Below the pieces are notes generated by a model. That model saw only the letters and a program-made list of their open reading frames with translations, was not told the origin of the DNA and did no database searches. 64,000 nt of DNA from Oikopleura dioica (taxonomy: Eukaryota; Animalia; Chordata). The stretch spans positions 3,534,001 through 3,598,000 of the forward strand of contig OU015566.1 in the NCBI GenBank assembly GCA_907165135.1, given 5' to 3'. Of this stretch, positions 59,153-64,000 are shown in pieces (the first letter of the stretch is position 1; each line of letters begins with the position of its first letter). The position numbers and the translations under genes were made by a program.

Positions 59153-60358
59153 TCATTCTAGCTGTTGAGACGCTAGAATGAGTGTTTCTTTGATGAATCT
59201 GAATCTTGGTCGATCTTTTCTTTCTAGCGATCTGCATTGCTTCATCAATTTTAGCAGTATTGGTTCTGGATCAACCATTTCTCCGATTGAAATTTTTGGG
59301 TTTCGAAGCGCGGCAACGTAGTCAGTAACCGATCGAAACTGCTGCTTTTTGTACGGAAGCATACCTCGATTGGAGTTGAGACAGGGTCAAATCCAGGGTT
59401 CTTACCTTTTGAAAGAACTTCGTAAATCAGAACGCCGAAGCTCCAAACATCAGTCAATTCGTCGAAAAAGTGCATGTCTACTGATTCTTTTGGCATCCAT
59501 CTCATCGGGATGGGAATTTGGCGGATGAAGGATTTTTTGCGGGAGAAATGGCCATTCCTGAATTTTATTACTCATCTACCAAAGAATTTACTATTTGTCT
59601 CACCTCGTTGAATTAACCCTCGATAGCCCAAAATCTGCAATCTTCACCGTTCCATTTCCGTCTAGCAGACAGTTCCTCGCCGCCAAGTCTCGGTGAACAA
59701 TATTCTGTCTCGTCAAATGATGCATTCCTTTGGCAGCATCGCAGAGCACTTCAATCTGTCGCTTCTGAGAAAGATCGTTTTTCAAAAGTAGATTTTTCAA
59801 GGAGCCACCATCCATCCACTCCAAAACGATGGCGAAGTTGTTTTGAATGAAAGAGACGCCATATGTTTTTACGATGTTGGAGTGGTCGATGTCCATCATA
59901 CTTTCCGCTTCGATGTGCAGCAGATCTGAATACGGGTTTTACCTTGGATCGATGCGAAAGGTCCATAAAAACGTCACAAAGAAACGTACTTTCATGAATT
60001 GCCGAGTCTCTTCGCTTATTTGAATCTTCGCAGTAGGAAATCTTTAGGGCGACGGAAATGTTCTTAGGAGAGACTGTTCCTTTGTAGATTTTACCAAAAC
60101 TGCCGGATGCGGTTTCCCTCTGAACGGTGATCCTTAAAATTTTAATGAAAAATGATAAAAAAATTCCTTTGTCTGCTAGACACTGTCTCGTAGACAATCA
60201 CCTATCGTTTAATTAACATCGTTCAATGATGGAGTCCAGGTCCCTTACCTGCTTGAGTCTACAATTGATCTGGTCGAGTATTGTCTGAAGAAATCCTTTT
60301 CTCTCATTGTTCTCTTATTTGTTGGGGTCCATCCAAAGCATTTGTAGACAACCTCCAT
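59153..60358 (-). CDS. Protein tyrosine kinase (kinase domain only)
   Basis: [59 protein letters not shown]. Confidence 0.92.
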
Positions 60359-60779
60359 TTTCTCTCTCTTTTTCTTTCAGTTGCAAAAGTGATTTCGTTG
60401 CTCTTAACTTTTAAAATCCAGAAACGTCTGTCAGAAGACAAAGGATAAGTGTAAATAAAAATTCTTGATTTAATTGACCTCAGAGAAAGTCTTTTGTTGC
60501 TCGAGCGTGAAAAGCGTTGAGTTTATATTCTAAAGACAAAAATGGCCCGAAGGCGGGAAAATATGAAAATTCACGCTCCAACACAAGCGAAAGGGAAGTG
60601 GATAGTATCGATTCACCGACGCGTTCTGCTCTCATTTATATAAACAATGAGTCAATTACGGAAATTTTCCGTCGTTAATTCATAGCAAAATAGTTGACGC
60701 TAGGAATCAGGGTTTTTTCCTGTCAAATACTCATTTATTTTCATGTTATTGTATGACAAGAAAAGGGAGCAGTGGAAAG

Positions 60780-63334
60780 TTAGCATCCGACGAATTCGCC
60801 GATTGTATCGAAAGACTTGGTAAGGTACTTCTTGATCAATCGCTCGACGAAACTGTTGTTGTCCTTTTCGCAGTGTTTGCCAAAAGCTCGGGCCCAGGAA
60901 GCAAGGTTGGTTTCAGAGCTCGAGAGACCATCGCAAGCATCGCTTTAAACAATTGAAAATCTCGAAAATATTATTCAAAACTTACCCAACTGGGACAAGA
61001 TCGGGAGCCTCAAAGGTGCAGCCATTTTTGCTGGCTAATTTCTCACTGTGCTGTGTGATTTTCTTGACGAGTTTCTTGAGGTTCTTGTTAGACTTGGAAA
61101 CGTTCTTTGGAACATCAGTGATGTTGGCGGAAATCAAGAGATCATCGATGATGTCAATAACGTCCTCGACAGCGTCTTCGCCGAAAGTGAGGTCGGCTTC
61201 GGTGGTGGTTGTTGTAGTGGTTGTGGTGGTTGTTGTGGAAGTTGTAGTTGTGGTCGAGTAATCAGTTGAAGTTGTACTTTCTTCAGTTGTGGTTGAGGTT
61301 TGTTCAGATGTAGAGCTTGTGTAGAACGATGTCGTAGTTGGCTCTGGTGTGGTTGGCTCTTCTGTCGTGGTTGGTTGTTCTGTCGTGGTCGTAGTCGTAG
61401 TTGTTGTTGTAGTGGTTGTGGTCGTGGTCGTGGTTGTCGTGGTTGTTGTTTTCGTTGTAGTGGTGGTGGTAGTGGTGGTGGTAGTGGTGGTGGTGGTGGT
61501 AGTGGTGCTGGTGGTAGTAGTTGTGGTTGTGGTAGTTGTAGTAGTAGTTGTTGTTGTAGTTGTTGTCGTCGTCGTGGTTGTCGTAGTAGTAGTAGTCGTT
61601 GTGGTTGTGGTTGTAGTTGTAGTTGTAGTTGTGGTTGTTGAAGTAGTGGTAGTAGTTGTTGTTGTTGGATTTACCGCAGGGCAGCAGAATCTGTACTTGA
61701 ACTTAGTACATCGACTTACACCAGCACCATCTGTCTGTCGAGAAGCGCACTTGACGTCAACATAATCAGGGATAAGGCCTTCGCTTGCTTCTTTTCCGAG
61801 GATGAGAGCGGTGTCACAGACCTCAGCTCTTCTGTCTGTGCTGAAATCTTCAAAGACAGGTTGATGGTCGACGTGGTCCATGGCAAACCAGCTCGATTTG
61901 AATTCTCTGAACTCGGTCGGAATGGACGAGTCGGAATCGCAGACGGATTCGACAGGGGTGTTCCATCGGGGGTCGAGTTCTTCACCAGCATGATTCGTGA
62001 GCATTTTCTAAAAAGAGTTTGAAGGGAGAAAAACTTGAGGCTTGCTTACTCTTGGCTCGCAGCAGTAGTTTGTGTATTTTGTTCCGTCAGGTCCGGTTTG
62101 GATTCCAAACCAGCTTGGAGGAGAAGATCGAGCCACGGTGAATCTGTTCTCTTCTGCATCCAAAGACTGACAGATTGACGTTCTTGTTTCGCTTAATTTT
62201 AAATAAAAAAAAATAAAATTGCAAAAATATCTTACTCAGTTGCAAGCATAAGATTGACGTTAGTACCATCGTTACTCTGAAAAGGGGTGAAGTAAGCTTC
62301 CCAGACAGTGACAGGGAAATTGACAGCATCGATAAAAGTCGTGGCACGATCAAGAACGAACGCTGATTCGCAAACTGCGTCCTTGTCGACATCATATGGA
62401 TCGATTGGCGCCTCAGTGGTAGGTTCCATAGTTGTGGGCACTTCAGGAGTGGTCGTAACAAAAAGTGAGGCGTCACAGCAGTAGCTTGTCTAAAGATCAT
62501 TTTAAGATGGCTTTTTTGGATAGAATGAACGAACCTTGAATTTGACGCAGAAATTCTCATCATCTTCAGCATATTCATGACATTCAATCGTCACATATCC
62601 TGGGAGGACCAAATCGTCATCTGTTGGCCCAGAAGCAGCGGCCTGCTTCTTTCGTCTTCTCGCGTTGATTCCGTCCATTTGGAAGAAGCACTCGTCGCGC
62701 ATAGCATCTTCGCTGATGACATCCTGATCTGGCATACCATTGACTCCATCGCTGATAATCCAACCTGTCACAAATCCGTCGGTGCTGGGTTCACGGCTGT
62801 CCGTGGAACAGACCATTTGGCTTCCTCCCTTCCAGTTGGTGTTGACGAGGTTATTCTCTCCGTCGAAAATAAAGTGCTGGCTCTCGCAGCAAATTGTCAA
62901 TTCCCACTCGTTACAGCCAGTAATTGTGTCGTTGGCACCAAATTCGTAATCGTTGCACTGCACGCCAGCCCAGTCAGGAACGGTCTCAGAGGCACTTCGT
63001 TTTGCGGCAATGTCGGAGAATTCGCCAGCCCAGTGATCGTTGCACATGCTGGTTCGGGAGCTGCTGTTGAGGACGAATGGGATGATGGTGTTTGGGACCA
63101 AGGTTGAAGTTTTGTACTTCTGCCAGGGGGAGAAGTCCGAAGCGTCGTTGACTCGGAGTTGAGGGGAGGCACTAAAAATTGGAAAATTTATTTTTCCCTC
63201 CGTCAGTTTTTCGGTCTGTTTCGATTCATAGCGTCAAAAATTTTCTCAACTTACGCGCACATATTCATCTCCTTTCCCAACTCTGGGTCGACAATCGCCG
63301 TTGAGAGGCCAAAAAATCCGATGGAAAGTTTCAT
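60780..63334 (-). CDS. Secreted mucin-like protein with WxxW-like Cys repeats, a poly-Thr tract and a C-terminal Cys/helical domain
   Basis: Signal-like MKLSIGFFGLSTA; repeats ending CNEWELTICC, CVKFKVR.., CTKFKYRFCC; long Thr tract; last exon ..FDTIGEFVGC*. Confidence 0.8.
61200..61672 (-). repeat. Coding (ACN)n poly-threonine tract
   Basis: Mixed GTT/GTG/GTA/GTC triplets on the + strand; roughly 95 near-consecutive Thr in ORF 60982-62004. Confidence 0.95.
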
Positions 63335-64000
63335 CTTCAAAAGTATTTGATAACTCTTCGATCTGCACACGAAATTCGGTACAAGATCTCAGGATGAAGT
63401 CAACGCACCGTGGAGCCTCGTTTTTATGGCGGTGGTGGCGGCGCTGCGAGCTCCGATTTTCGGATTAACGAAATCAACCGAAGCGAATTCGATTTATATA
63501 GTGTGCTTTTGAAATTGTCGGCTGAAAAGCGAAAACCTGCGATGATCGTCATAATTGGAGAGTGGAATAAATTCGTATTTTTCGTCAACCATGAAATTCA
63601 GGTTTTCTTGATTTAAAATTTACGCCGCTGTAAAATCAAAGTCACGTTTCTGCCGACCTCTCTTCTTCTTCTTCTTCTTCTTCTTCTTATTTTCTTTAAG
63701 GGATCACCCCCCGATTTTTCAAACCTTTGGCGCGGATCATTATCGCCTATAATTAGATTCCTCGTGTTCTAAGGATCATTTTGATATATTATACTACTCT
63801 TTTACATGAATGCATCCCCAAAATTTCGCCTTGCAAAGTTCGGGAAAATGCATGTAAATTGTACTTAGCGTAAAAATCGCTAATTTTTTCTATTTTTCAA
63901 TGTCATCAAAAGAGGACAGATAAGGGGTTTATCGAAAGCTTAGAATCTGTAGATTAAGAATATAAGAACCGCATTAGAATTTTTGGCCATTTGCTGGCGC

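Noticed and set aside
61048-61765. Poly-Val and Cys/Gly + strand ORFs
   Set aside because: Reverse-strand readings of the poly-Thr tract.
1-64000. tRNA or rRNA genes
   Set aside because: None recognised by eye; tRNAscan-SE and barrnap were not run.

Overview
Eukaryotic genomic DNA with very compact genes (most introns about 40-50 nt), several GA-AG/GC-AG introns and co-oriented gene runs with splice acceptors just upstream of ATGs. This points to a larvacean tunicate (Oikopleura-like); the species is inferred, not shown. About 25 protein-coding genes were reconstructed by hand: CRYL1, a multi-pass membrane protein, Cys-rich secreted proteins, an integrin alpha, RING proteins, a 16-kb ephrin-B-like gene with MITE-filled introns, thioredoxin, a carbohydrate sulfotransferase, an SLC17 transporter, ZNHIT6, TBCD, CRLS1, RPL30, RPS25, an SR protein, a lectin-ZP protein, a tyrosine kinase and a WxxW/poly-Thr mucin-like protein. 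Main observations: (1) a hAT-type MITE inside a coding exon, whose 8-bp target duplication GTCTAGAC supplies an in-frame GT donor and AG acceptor (an introner-like intron gain); (2) a Tc1-type MITE inside another coding exon; (3) a spliced, polyadenylation-signalled, ORF-less, multi-hairpin transcript inside a RPS25-RPL30-CRLS1-TBCD-ZNHIT6 run; (4) two nested antisense genes; (5) a candidate poison exon in the SR gene. Three single-base frameshifts in homopolymer runs suggest assembly indels. All exon structures were read manually and are unvalidated. No rRNA, tRNA or CRISPR array was recognised.
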